Assembly: GCA_024137785.1 (NCBI GenBank)
Contig: JAHRHZ010000082.1
Span: 5,701,994-5,765,993, forward strand
Direction of reading: 5' to 3'
From: Ginglymostoma cirratum
Taxonomy: Eukaryota
DNA length: 64,000 nucleotides
Shown here: positions 24,763 through 34,811 of the stretch, piece after piece
How the letters are laid out: every line of letters starts with the position of its first letter
Numbering within the stretch: the stretch's first letter is position 1
The notes under the pieces: model-generated
What the model saw: the letters and a program-made list of their open reading frames with translations, nothing else
The model's database searches: none
Told to the model about the DNA's origin: nothing
Position numbers and translations under genes: made by a program

Positions 24763-26151
24763 TCACACCGTTACATATTCCTTAAAAGTGACAGTTAGGC
24801 AGTTCGCTGTGACATCTGTGATAATCAGATTGCCCAGGTAAGGTTTGAGGCCAGTCCAAGGATATTGTTGCTCTCCCTTTGCCGTTTCCGCTTTCTCCTC
24901 AGCCTCCGTCTGCTGTGTCGTCGCCTTCTGAGGCTCTGGCCTGGACTTTACACAGCTCAGATCGATTGGCTGCTCGGGACTTGAGTCCAAAGTCCCATCA
25001 ATTCCCTCATTCCGATAACTATCGATCGCCTGCAGCTCAATGAGATCATCCTGTTCCAGCTGTACGGCGCTCCCCGGCACGCTAATGCTTCTACACGTCG
25101 GCGGCTTTTTGGCCTCTCTGTCCACGATGGGTTCTGACAGATAGCGTTTCCTGGATTTGGGGAGTTTGGAGTATAAACCGTCCCTTTTGGAAACCTCCGA
25201 ATCACAGACCCATCGCAATGGAGTTGGTGGTTCACATTGCTCAGGCGCCTGGGGACGTTGTTCCTTTGGAATTCTCACCTCTTTCCCTCTTGATATCTCG
25301 TTACTTTCTGCGTCGGCTACCTCTCCGTTCACGTTTTTATTTTGTGCTGCAGCTTCCGCCTCTTTAACCACCAAAGTCCTAATATAACCATTCTTATCGG
25401 CCACTGCTTCTTTGTTTACATTACGAGTCTTGGCCGCCTCGGGCCACCCATTTGCAACATTATTAGCCTCCAACTTCTCTACACTTTCCTCAGCCGCCAC
25501 AGCTTTGGTATGTCCATTTTTAACTATCCATAGCTCGCGGTCTCCAGTCTTGCTTGTCACTGACTCATTCCCTCCATCCCCGTTCTTACTGTGTTTATCC
25601 TTCGCCGACTGTAGCCCATTATCCATATACTTGCTCATAACTATGACAATCCTGCCGTTTTTGTTTTTATTTTTTACTATTTTCATTCTACCATTCATGC
25701 CATTGCTTTTCAAGCTTTGCTTGGCTAGTTCTGGCCCCGTCCCGGATCTCGAATCCATTTCCTTCATTTCAGGCTTCTCTATGCCTTCAGACTGGGAACG
25801 ATTTCCATTTTTGGCACCACTGCGCAGCGCTTCTTGTTCCTGAATACTTTGAGGTTGCTCCTGATTTCCTTCAGTTTCACTCCTGTGAGAGTCGGCCTGT
25901 TGGTTAGGATACATGATGTCCGGTTGGTAATGGTGATGCTTTTTGCTGTTAAGCTGGTAGTAATGTTTAGTGGCTTGATGCTGACGCTGTTCCTCGGTGT
26001 TACAGGGTTTATATTGATGAAGCTTCTTACTGTTCAGCTGATACTGGCGTTTAATGGGTTGCTGCAGGATATCACTCTTGGACCTTTCTTCTTCCACATA
26101 ATTGTCCTGCAGCTCCGAAGGAACATTTGACCGTCGAGCAAAAGCTGGTAG
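24763..26151 (-). CDS. CBX4: CBX4 coding exon 5 (SIM, CtBP-binding motif, C-terminal Pc box)
   Basis: catttccag acceptor; starts LPAFARRSNV, in frame with the 444-aa ORF; contains GRIVIVMSKYM (SIM1, 25639-25650), PIDLS (CtBP motif, 24955-24969) and the Pc box GNLIITDVTANCLTVTFKEYVTV*, characteristic of CBX4. Confidence 0.97.
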   Translation of the reverse strand, partial: LPAFARRSNVPSELQDNYVEEERSKSDILQQPIKRQYQLNSKKLHQYKPCNTEEQRQHQATKHYYQLNSKKHHHYQPDIMYPNQQADSHRSETEGNQEQPQSIQEQEALRSGAKNGNRSQSEGIEKPEMKEMDSRSGTGPELAKQSLKSNGMNGRMKIVKNKNKNGRIVIVMSKYMDNGLQSAKDKHSKNGDGGNESVTSKTGDRELWIVKNGHTKAVAAEESVEKLEANNVANGWPEAAKTRNVNKEAVADKNGYIRTLVVKEAEAAAQNKNVNGEVADAESNEISRGKEVRIPKEQRPQAPEQCEPPTPLRWVCDSEVSKRDGLYSKLPKSRKRYLSEPIVDREAKKPPTCRSISVPGSAVQLEQDDLIELQAIDSYRNEGIDGTLDSSPEQPIDLSCVKSRPEPQKATTQQTEAEEKAETAKGEQQYPWTGLKPYLGNLIITDVTANCLTVTFKEYVTV

Positions 26152-27082
26152 CTGGAAATGGAGAATAAATTGATAAGTATTAATTGGGTTTCAAATTCTG
26201 GTAAGTAGCTTATAATCAATTAACTAAAGAAGAGGAATACAACTTAGATCTGTATACCAGCTCCACATTTAGCCACTGATTAATGAAATTTAAGTTGTGT
26301 TCTTAGCCACCTCAGTAGCAAAGCTCAAATTATACAGACTTAGATTTCCACCTTCTTACTTGTTTCACTTCCCTGGTCTAAAAGTTCCAACTCCAAGCCC
26401 TAAAGCACAGGCAAATGGCCATCAAGGTCTATTCCACTATCAATCTGCTTCATATGTTAAGGAGGAATCTGTGACATGTCTTAATCATTGATGACTTCCT
26501 GCTCATTGTTTCAAAGCATGAGATGCCAACTGTTCATACTAATCTATTCATTTATGAGTATAAGTGGTCTCGCAGTAATCAACATCAGCTTGTATTTAGT
26601 AACCCAGTTGACGACCACTACTTTTTGTTTAGTTACTACCAAAGTTGCTTCGGATTCTCTATTTATTAACGAATCTGAATAAGTTTACTTGTACCTGGTC
26701 TTTTTAAATATATTTTATGATATTCGGTGACTACAGATTGCAAATTTGGAACATTAAAGATTTGAGATTGTATTGCTAAACAATAGTATTGTTAAAGTAC
26801 ATCTAGATAATTTTGTACTCAAATTTCCATTTGCGTCCCTGCATCTATTTATGTCTTTCAAGAACATATTCACTTGCACTTTAGGTTTTGTGTCAACATC
26901 ACTTTATAATATAACATTGATATTTACATAGTTGCTTGCTTTAAGTGAGCATAAGGTTTGACTGTGAATATTTATGAAACTCAATTCGTCTTGATTAAAT
27001 GGAGCCAGGAAATATGTGATGGATTGCTCTAATCTGGTTCATATATAACACAAACAAACGAACATTCAAGGGTTGATATTAC

Positions 27083-27149
27083 CTGAACTAGTAGGTGTTT
27101 TGGTTTGGGTCCTCGTTTACGGTAGCCCATTGATTGTTCTTGTCTTTCC
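27083..27149 (-). CDS. CBX4: CBX4 coding exon 4 (AT-hook-like motif)
   Basis: ctgcag acceptor; encodes ERQEQSMGYRKRGPKPKHLLVQ; gtaata donor; 67 nt, ends in phase 0. Confidence 0.97.
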
Positions 27150-27399
27150 CTGCAGTCATAGATAAAACAGTCAGTCTTAAAGTTACTGGAAAAGTTAAAT
27201 TCATAATCAGTTTACAAAAATGTTTTCTATGCCCACTCCTGAAAAGACCTGATCTCTTTGGCTGCGCTATACTTTGTATGTAACCTACAACACCCTAACA
27301 TAATGCAAAATACTTTTAATTTAAACAGTTTCTAGGTGCTCTGAGATTTTTAATTAAATGTTTACACTTACATAGCCAACTGAGTGATTAGATATGAAG

Positions 27400-27490
27400 T
27401 CAGAAATTGCTGGAAAAACTCAACAGGTCTGGCAGCATCAGCAGACACAAAGCAGAGTTAACATTTCAGGTCCAATGACCCCTCCTCAGA
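27400..27490 (-). mobile_element. PLE family B fragment in CBX4 intron 3 (sense orientation)
   Basis: CTGAGGA (27483-27489)-G-GGGTC ATTG GACCT-GAAA-TGTT-AACTCTGC. Confidence 0.75.
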
Positions 27491-29529
27491 TTACATTGTC
27501 ACAATATACATCAAAGCTATGGTGCTGCAGATTATGAGTAAAGGTTTACATTTTATTGTGTCAAAGGGGCAAGTTCCTGACTTGCAATGTATATTCAATC
27601 AAACAAGTTCACATTAAACATTAAGATATCTGCCCAATAAGGTATAACAATATTATTTCTACATAAAATTTTAGTGACAGAATGTCTTAGATGACCATTA
27701 TTTACAACTGGTAAGTCTGGGCCTAAAAGGATGTCTGAGATCTGACAAATCTGTATATGCTAAGCAGCCTTTCTTGCTTCTACATGTGCACTAATAAAAG
27801 AAAACCACCACTTCTCATTTTACTGCTCATTTTCCAGTTTATTATTGGTCTCTGTACTTATTTCCAGATTTTACATGCAAAAATGCATCCTAATTGTCTG
27901 TTCCTCTGAAGCGTACTTTGAGAGTTCACTTGGGTGCCGTTATATTAATGTTAGGGCTACTTCAACCACTGACTAACACAACAATATGTCCACCTCCTAT
28001 CAGCTTTCTGATAATTGTTCTCTTATTGTCATTTAAAATGCACATTCAAAAAAGAGCATCTAACAGCTCACTCTGTTTTCCTTGGTTCCTTTGGATAGTT
28101 CATGCTATTATTTTGCCATATTAAATGAGTTAAAATAAGTGTAGTATGTAGTTAAGTCCAAAATGCATCAATACGTTTTGATCATTGTTTTTATTCTGCA
28201 TAAGACTGGAATGCATTGTATTAAATCTCTGCACGTAATTGTACTATCGACGTAACTGAAATTAGACCACTGAGGCCTTGAATGCAACAAGTACAGTGAT
28301 ACTTTGGCAATTGTTACATTGCAAGACTGCACTCTTATTAAAGTTATTTCTTACACAAAGTACTATGATTTCACTTGGGCTGTATGTTCATCAATGTGCT
28401 CCTGCAACCCAGTCAAAATATGCAAAAGTTACAGGTTAGCTTATTTTGAATAACTGCAACCGACTTGTAGCTGGCGGCAGGTGGAAAGGAGAAACTTCAA
28501 TTTCACTCGTTCGCCCTCCTAGTCTGCTGTCTCTCTTTAATTCAACTTGAAGAGAACGCGTACTACCTATGCCTATACGCAAATGTATGTAAGCCTCTTT
28601 TTAAAAAATGTATTGTTGACTTAATTATTAGTCTAATTATTTCTGTTCCATCAAGATCTAGTTATAAGCAACTTCTTGTCCCTCCCACCATGTTACACGC
28701 AGCATGATTCCACTTTATTTATTCACATGATTGCAGGCAGCTATGGCAACCCCGTGCGCTACTCACCAGTCGGATAGATTATCGTGTAACTAATTAAAAG
28801 AGATATGTAACCCTCCGTGTCCTTTTTTCAGGTTACAGCGTTAGTTAAAAGCAACGTTGCCCCTTTAAAGTGGTACTTGCGCCATTGGCAGGTGTATCAA
28901 GGAACAGGAGCGTAGTGAGGCCATTAGAAACAGGAACACTGGTTAGAAGGACGTTGTGTAGTCTGACAGCCCAGAACCTCCCTACACGAGTCTCACTTCG
29001 AAGATAAATGCACCATCTAGCTACGATCTGGAACATGGCAGCAGTAGTCACATCACTATTGCAGCTGTGGTTAAAAGGGAGATTTACAAACTTTTATATT
29101 CCAGTATTTATTGCGCCAATATATCTTATCAATTTCTTATCTAATGTCCTTGCCCGATTTGAACTTCAGTAATGACAGGAAAGGTATTGGCATTTGGAAG
29201 TATAACGCTACCAGCTGATTATCGATTTCCCACCCCATCCCCCTTACGGTTAAGGCCATCTCAACATATTTCACCGTGGACTGGCTTTTGCTAAACTGCG
29301 CTCAGAATAGATCCCAAGGACCCAGGCGGTGGCTTAGACCACATCTGCACCGAAACATCACCGCGTTCTAATCTGGTTGCATTTCGAAACCGTGCAGCCC
29401 CTCTACTTTCGAAAGCTCTGAGCTTTTAGCCCTATTTATTCTTTGTTGGTCGTGTTTGCGTTTATGTACAAAATGTGTGTGTGTGAAGACTAGTGACAGA
29501 GTTCTTTCGACCCCTCTGTTTTTCTTTAC

Positions 29530-29595
29530 CTGTGCTGGAAAGCCAGGAGCAGCCGAGGGTCCAGGATGTTCTCCTCTGGCTCCCACGTGTTGTAT
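29530..29595 (-). CDS. CBX4: CBX4 coding exon 3 (chromodomain end)
   Basis: tctccgcag acceptor; encodes [21 protein letters not shown](R); gtaaag donor; 66 nt. Confidence 0.97.
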
Positions 29596-29926
29596 CTGCG
29601 GAGAAGACACCAGCAGTTCACTCAAAACCTCTCCAAATACCCAAGCGGAAAATTAAAACGAACTAGTGCTGCTATTCTAGCAGTGTGCAAGGGAGGCCAT
29701 TTTCACTCCATTCACACACACTATCATATCTTTCACAGTCCATTAAGACATTCCAGGACTCTCATTGGCCATTTTTTGGTTACATTGGTTTAGCTACTAA
29801 TAATCCACTGATGGCATTTGTCAGAAGGGAATTGATTTGACTCCCACATGATTCCTCCAGCCATGCAGACATTTGGACGCAGTAGTTTATCTTTAATATT
29901 TAAAAATGCAAAAAAAAAGCACTCAC

Positions 29927-29970
29927 TTGGGAGACCATCCCCTCCATTTCACCAGGTATTCGACTTTTCC
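29927..29970 (-). CDS. CBX4: CBX4 coding exon 2 (chromodomain)
   Basis: ttctccgcag acceptor; encodes GKVEYLVKWRGWSP(K); gtgagt donor; 44 nt. Confidence 0.97.
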
Positions 29971-30081
29971 CTGCGGAGAAATAAAGACAGCGTTCGTCAC
30001 TGAACAGCAGAGACAGCCCTATTCCTGATCAATAACCTGGAGGGATTAGTGTGGAGGTGGCCTCCAGCCGGTCACATTTAC

Positions 30082-30150
30082 CTTCCTGATCCGTTTTTTC
30101 TCGATGCTTTCCACAGCAAATACGTGCTCCCCTGCGGCTGGTAACTCCAT
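30082..30150 (-). CDS. CBX4: Chromobox protein homolog 4 (Pc2), coding exon 1
   Basis: ATG at 30150-30148 in strong Kozak context (gctATGG); encodes MELPAAGEHVFAVESIEKKRIRK, the CBX4 chromodomain N-terminus; GT donor at 30081-30080; 69 nt. Confidence 0.97.
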
Positions 30151-30950
30151 AGCGATGCGAAGAGCTGAACGGACGCCGCTTGACCTCTGCTAACTGCAGC
30201 TCGCTTCACCCGGAAGGGAGCACTCCTGCTGTGGGCAGTCACGGCTTTCCCTTCTCTCTTCTTGTTTATCTTCTTGGCACCCTTTCCGGGCGGGCTTTTT
30301 TTTCCCTGTCCCTTCGGTTCTTGACTCCGTAGTCACAGACCCGTTCTCTCTCTCTCTCCCTCTCTCTCTGCTGCAGAGCCGGCAACGCAGAAACGCAGGC
30401 AACACAACGCTGTGGCGTCAGGATCTGGAGCTGTCAATCAGCTCAGCCCCGCCTGAGGTCGGAGAATCTTACTACAGCACCAAATACGGGCAAGACGCAG
30501 CCTTGTATGGTAATGGCAGAACGATAAATTCTGTTTTTCCAAATTAAGACAGAATGACATGAAAATGAACATCAGAAAATGGTGCTTCTCCCCATCCCTG
30601 TCCCTCTCCCTCCTCATTGGGACTGTTGTCTCGCATCTAAACAATGTAATTCCCCGAGCTCACAGTTTTGTTCCAGTGCAATGTGCAAATGTCTTTCGTG
30701 TCCTCTTCTAATTGGCTATGCATCGGGCTAGCAATGTCTTGCGTTCTTTGAGAAACCTGCTTCGTTTCTGACAGACATCAAAACGCGTCACTATTTCATT
30801 TAATTTTTCCCAATACCCCATAACTGGGGCTGCTACGTTCGCCCTTTATTGTGCATACATTTTGCGAAGTACACGGTACCGTGAGTCAGCTTGTAACCAA
30901 CCCCCCCCCCAATCACATTGAGCCGATATAAATGCACGATCATGGCAATA
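30151..30950 (-). promoter_or_regulatory. CBX4 5' UTR and CpG-rich promoter
   Basis: CpG-rich; no upstream ATG seen between 30151 and about 30420; (GA)n tract at 30345-30369; CCAAT/ATTGG boxes near 30616, 30711 and 30909; AP-1 TGAGTCA at 30882-30888; TSS not determinable. Confidence 0.6.
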
Positions 30951-31111
30951 GTGATGATCATAACACCGTGCTACATTGTTAGTCAATGTTCATTTGTCTC
31001 AGTGGCTTGTAATTTAGTGCTTTCCACCGTGGTGGAGTGTTACATGATAGAACCATTGGAACCAGCACACAATACTCTTCCTCATTCAAAGAGCAACCAT
31101 GGCTCCTTCTG

Positions 31112-31487
31112 GTAGGGCATTGCCAATTTCAAGCTGTAACTCTGCCAATATTCAACATGGGACACAATACCGCCGGAACAAGTTTTGCTTTACTGTTTGT
31201 GCGTGTATGTAAATAAATATGAGAAGCATCAGTCAATGTGCATCGGCTGCTTTTTTTAAAAAACAATCGCTGGACAATTACTTATACAAGGTGAATAGAA
31301 GCCTTGTCTGGGTATTAAGTTCGAATGGATGATTGAAGGAAACTCGCAATGATTATTAATGCAACTTCCATGTCCATTTCCCGGAGGTCAATTTTCGAAA
31401 CTGAAAAGCTGAAATGAAAGAAATCCACTGGCACAAAATTAGAAATTGAAGGATCTTAGGCAAACCGCTTGGGAGAGGCAACCTAGT
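31112..31487. mobile_element. Possible old hAT-Blackjack-type MITE
   Basis: Degenerate TIR-like ends tagggcattgcca ... ggcaaccta (consensus TAGGGTTGCCA). Confidence 0.3.
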
Positions 31488-32948
31488 CGCTGAAAAGCGC
31501 AGCGTATCCCATCCCCCTCCCCATCGCTCTTGACTCGTATTTATCAACACTCAAAATGCTTCTGACACAGAATGCCCATATTAGGATATTGGTCACGGAC
31601 GAAATGTAGAAGCATTGTTGCAAACCCCGGATACTTCAATGATTGCAGAATACTTTCTATTGATTTCAGGAATAATCGCTACACTTACACGTTAAAAAGA
31701 GAACAGATAAATGGAATAGCCATTTAGTCGGGTGTTCATCTAACCCGAATTTCGCTTGCAATAGGTGTACTTACTTGGAGAAAATTGTCGAAACTGTTAT
31801 TTTGTGTCCTGATGTCCTCGTAGCGATTAACACGTGGCTAATTGGCACTTTGCGACACTTATTCTAATCATCCAAAGTAGATCATGTCGCTGTCTCCAAA
31901 CCATCTCCCTCATGATGCAGCGCACTGTTTGGTATTATTGGTATTTTACATTCAAATAACGCCAGTCAATGAACCAATTCACACATGTCTTATTGCTGTA
32001 ATGATAGCTTGTCTCCTCGTGGTGTGTTACTATTGGCCCTTTGGGCATAAATGGAATTATCAGCCTAAAAGCTTTGTCACCAAAAGGTTAAACGTATACC
32101 CAGTAAAATAAAACAAATCAAGTGCTAATCAAGCACATACACAAAATATAAGAAAAATGCCCATGAATGGTCATCGTCAGCACCTAAAGAGTGCAGAGGC
32201 CCAGGAATGAGAAGTACTTTGAGATCATTCTTTTTGTTGCTAATAGCTTAGTGTTTAAATCAGCATTGTTGTCACTTAAAATGGATTTTTACATCACACT
32301 GAAATATTTTTGCAGTTACCCACCCCACACAAAGATCTGTGAATATATGCTTCAGTATAATCTGATCGAAATTTACGTTTACCGTGGAATATTCAGACTT
32401 GCCGGAATAATTGGATACATAGCCTTCCTGCTCATAAACAAATATAGACTCATTCCACATCACAAGATCCACTTCTGCTGGTGATGGTTGCATGATCTAG
32501 ATACTTCCTCTGGTGCAAATGTATTCCATCTAAAGCCATTTTAAATTGTTGGAAATTATAATCCAGACGTCTGGCGCCACAACCCTGATGATAGCCTAAC
32601 TTTGTTTTAGCTACACGTATCTTTTTTGCACTCGAGAATAAGGAATGCTGATGTCTATTTTTCTTACTGTTAATAGTCATTTATTATTCTGAGTAAATTA
32701 GTTCCATTGTTATTATATTCAGATATTTTCTAGTCCTCGAACAAAGGAACAATTCAGTATGTTTATATTCAACAGGTTTGATGTTTGGACATTGAGTATG
32801 AAGATTAATCAAAAATGACAAAGCTTCCCTCGACTTGAATGTGGATCCTTGGCAGTTGGAGTAAGCCTTATATCATTGTTCTCAAGCCTAACTATGTTGA
32901 ATAGAAAATATTGAAGAGTAACTAATTCCATGAAGAATAACAGATCTA

Positions 32949-34811
32949 CATTATAGTTATCAAATTTGTTAGTTATAATCATTAAGTAGAAAGATTACTT
33001 GCAATTAATTAAATACTTGTAAGGTTAGATTTGGCAAAGCATGCATGCATCCTTTTAACTTAGTAATGTGCAACTTATACATGGCACTAAAATAGTGTGA
33101 ATGCAAAGTTGCAAAAATTCTCATACAATTGGCTCAAATGATCTTGGTCAACAGAAAATATCATGATCCATATGTGGCATCCTTACTTTTCTAAAGTGAT
33201 ACACATGTTTCTATGTCTTTCCACATCTTTTCTTTGATACCAATGCTCCTATGTTTGATCTCCATCCATCTTAGGACTTCCCCTCCTCTGCAAACATCCA
33301 TTAACTCTTAAATAATCTACTGAGAAAGACGATGGTTCAGGAAGTCTGAGGACAGGCATTTCTAAAGGGCAGAAGTTTAGACAAATTTATCAATGCGCTC
33401 CATTAGATAACAACTTTTGTATATTCTAGAGCCCTTACACTTCAATGTAGAAATTCATTCTGCATTATGGTAATAAAATTTGTTAGTTATAATAATTAGG
33501 TAGAAAGATTACTTGCAATTAATTAAATACTTGTAAGTTTAGATTTGACAAACATGCATGCATCCTTTTATCTTAATAATGTTCAACTTATACATGGTAC
33601 TAAAACTGTGTGAATGCAAAGTTGCAAAACATCTCATACAATTGGCTCAGATGATCTTGGTCAACAGCAAGTATCATAATCCATATGAGGCATCCTTACT
33701 CTACTAAAATGATACACATGTTTCTATGTCTTTCCACTTTTTTTTATACCAATGCTCCCTATGTTTGATTTCCCTCAATCTTGGGGCTTCCCTTACTCTG
33801 CTAACATCCATTAACTCTCAAGTAATCTACTGAGAAAGACGATGATGGGATGTCCAAAGTATGTCAGCTGCTTGATTTGTATAAATTTGTATAAAATAGT
33901 AATTCTGGTATTAAATTTATGGCTTTTAAGCAAATTGGGCAACTTTTAAAAATCACTTCACATTCTTAGCAATTGTTGCTCCCCAATGAAATGAATAATT
34001 CCAAGTTCCTGATTATGAATTCACAGATGAATTCCCACATTAATGTATCAATCTCAAAATGATGTCCTCAAACTAGTGACACAACAGTGAAAATAGTAAA
34101 GACAATGTTATCTAACATAATGTGGCATGACAATGGTTTGTCACCTTTATATAAAGATATCAATTGAATATTGTCAGCCTCCAAACTCCATTTAGTGACT
34201 ACTGATATTTGTACAATACGCAACATAGTTTTCTATATAGAAACTTGAAGTTCATTCTCTATTCAAGAAAACCTTCTGGTTCAAATTGTTAAAGGGCAAT
34301 ACTCTTCTCTATATGATTGAACACAATCATCCTATAGTGCACCATTTAATGCCATTTCTTATGCACTGCAACAAAAAGTCTAAGCAATGTTTTCCATTGA
34401 GATAAAGGAAAAGAGGTCATCAATGCTGTTATCATTAGATGATGGCGCAACTATCACTACAGTAGAGGGAAAATTGAACTGTTAAAGATAACTTTATGGA
34501 ATGAAAATTAAACAGTTGCCCAAGTTCAGTCATTATGATAAAACAGATGGTATGTTTTTCCAACTGTATTAACCATGCCCTGAGGTACAACAGCTTTGAC
34601 ATAGGGTGCATACATTTCCTCAGGAATGTTTAAGGATCCAAATGCCTTTAAATTGCACATTATCCATTATTAGAACAATCATAACAATGGTCCAGGAAGT
34701 CTGAGGACCAGCATTTCTGAAAGGCAAATGTTCAGACCGTTGTGCTCCATTATACAACAACTTTTGCATATTTCTAGAGCCTTTACACTTCAATGTAGAA
34801 ATTCATTCTGC
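32949..34811. repeat. Diverged tandem duplication A-B-A'-X-B' (A+B unit 514 bp)
   Basis: 32949-33334 resembles 33463-33844; 33332-33463 resembles 34687-34811. Confidence 0.9.

Noticed and set aside
24763-26097. 444-aa ORF as a standalone single-exon gene
   Set aside because: It starts at an internal GTG and is the last exon of spliced cbx4, with its acceptor at 26151
24957-26130. Overlapping and antisense ORFs within cbx4 exon 5
   Set aside because: These are shadow frames of the coding exon with no recognisable domains
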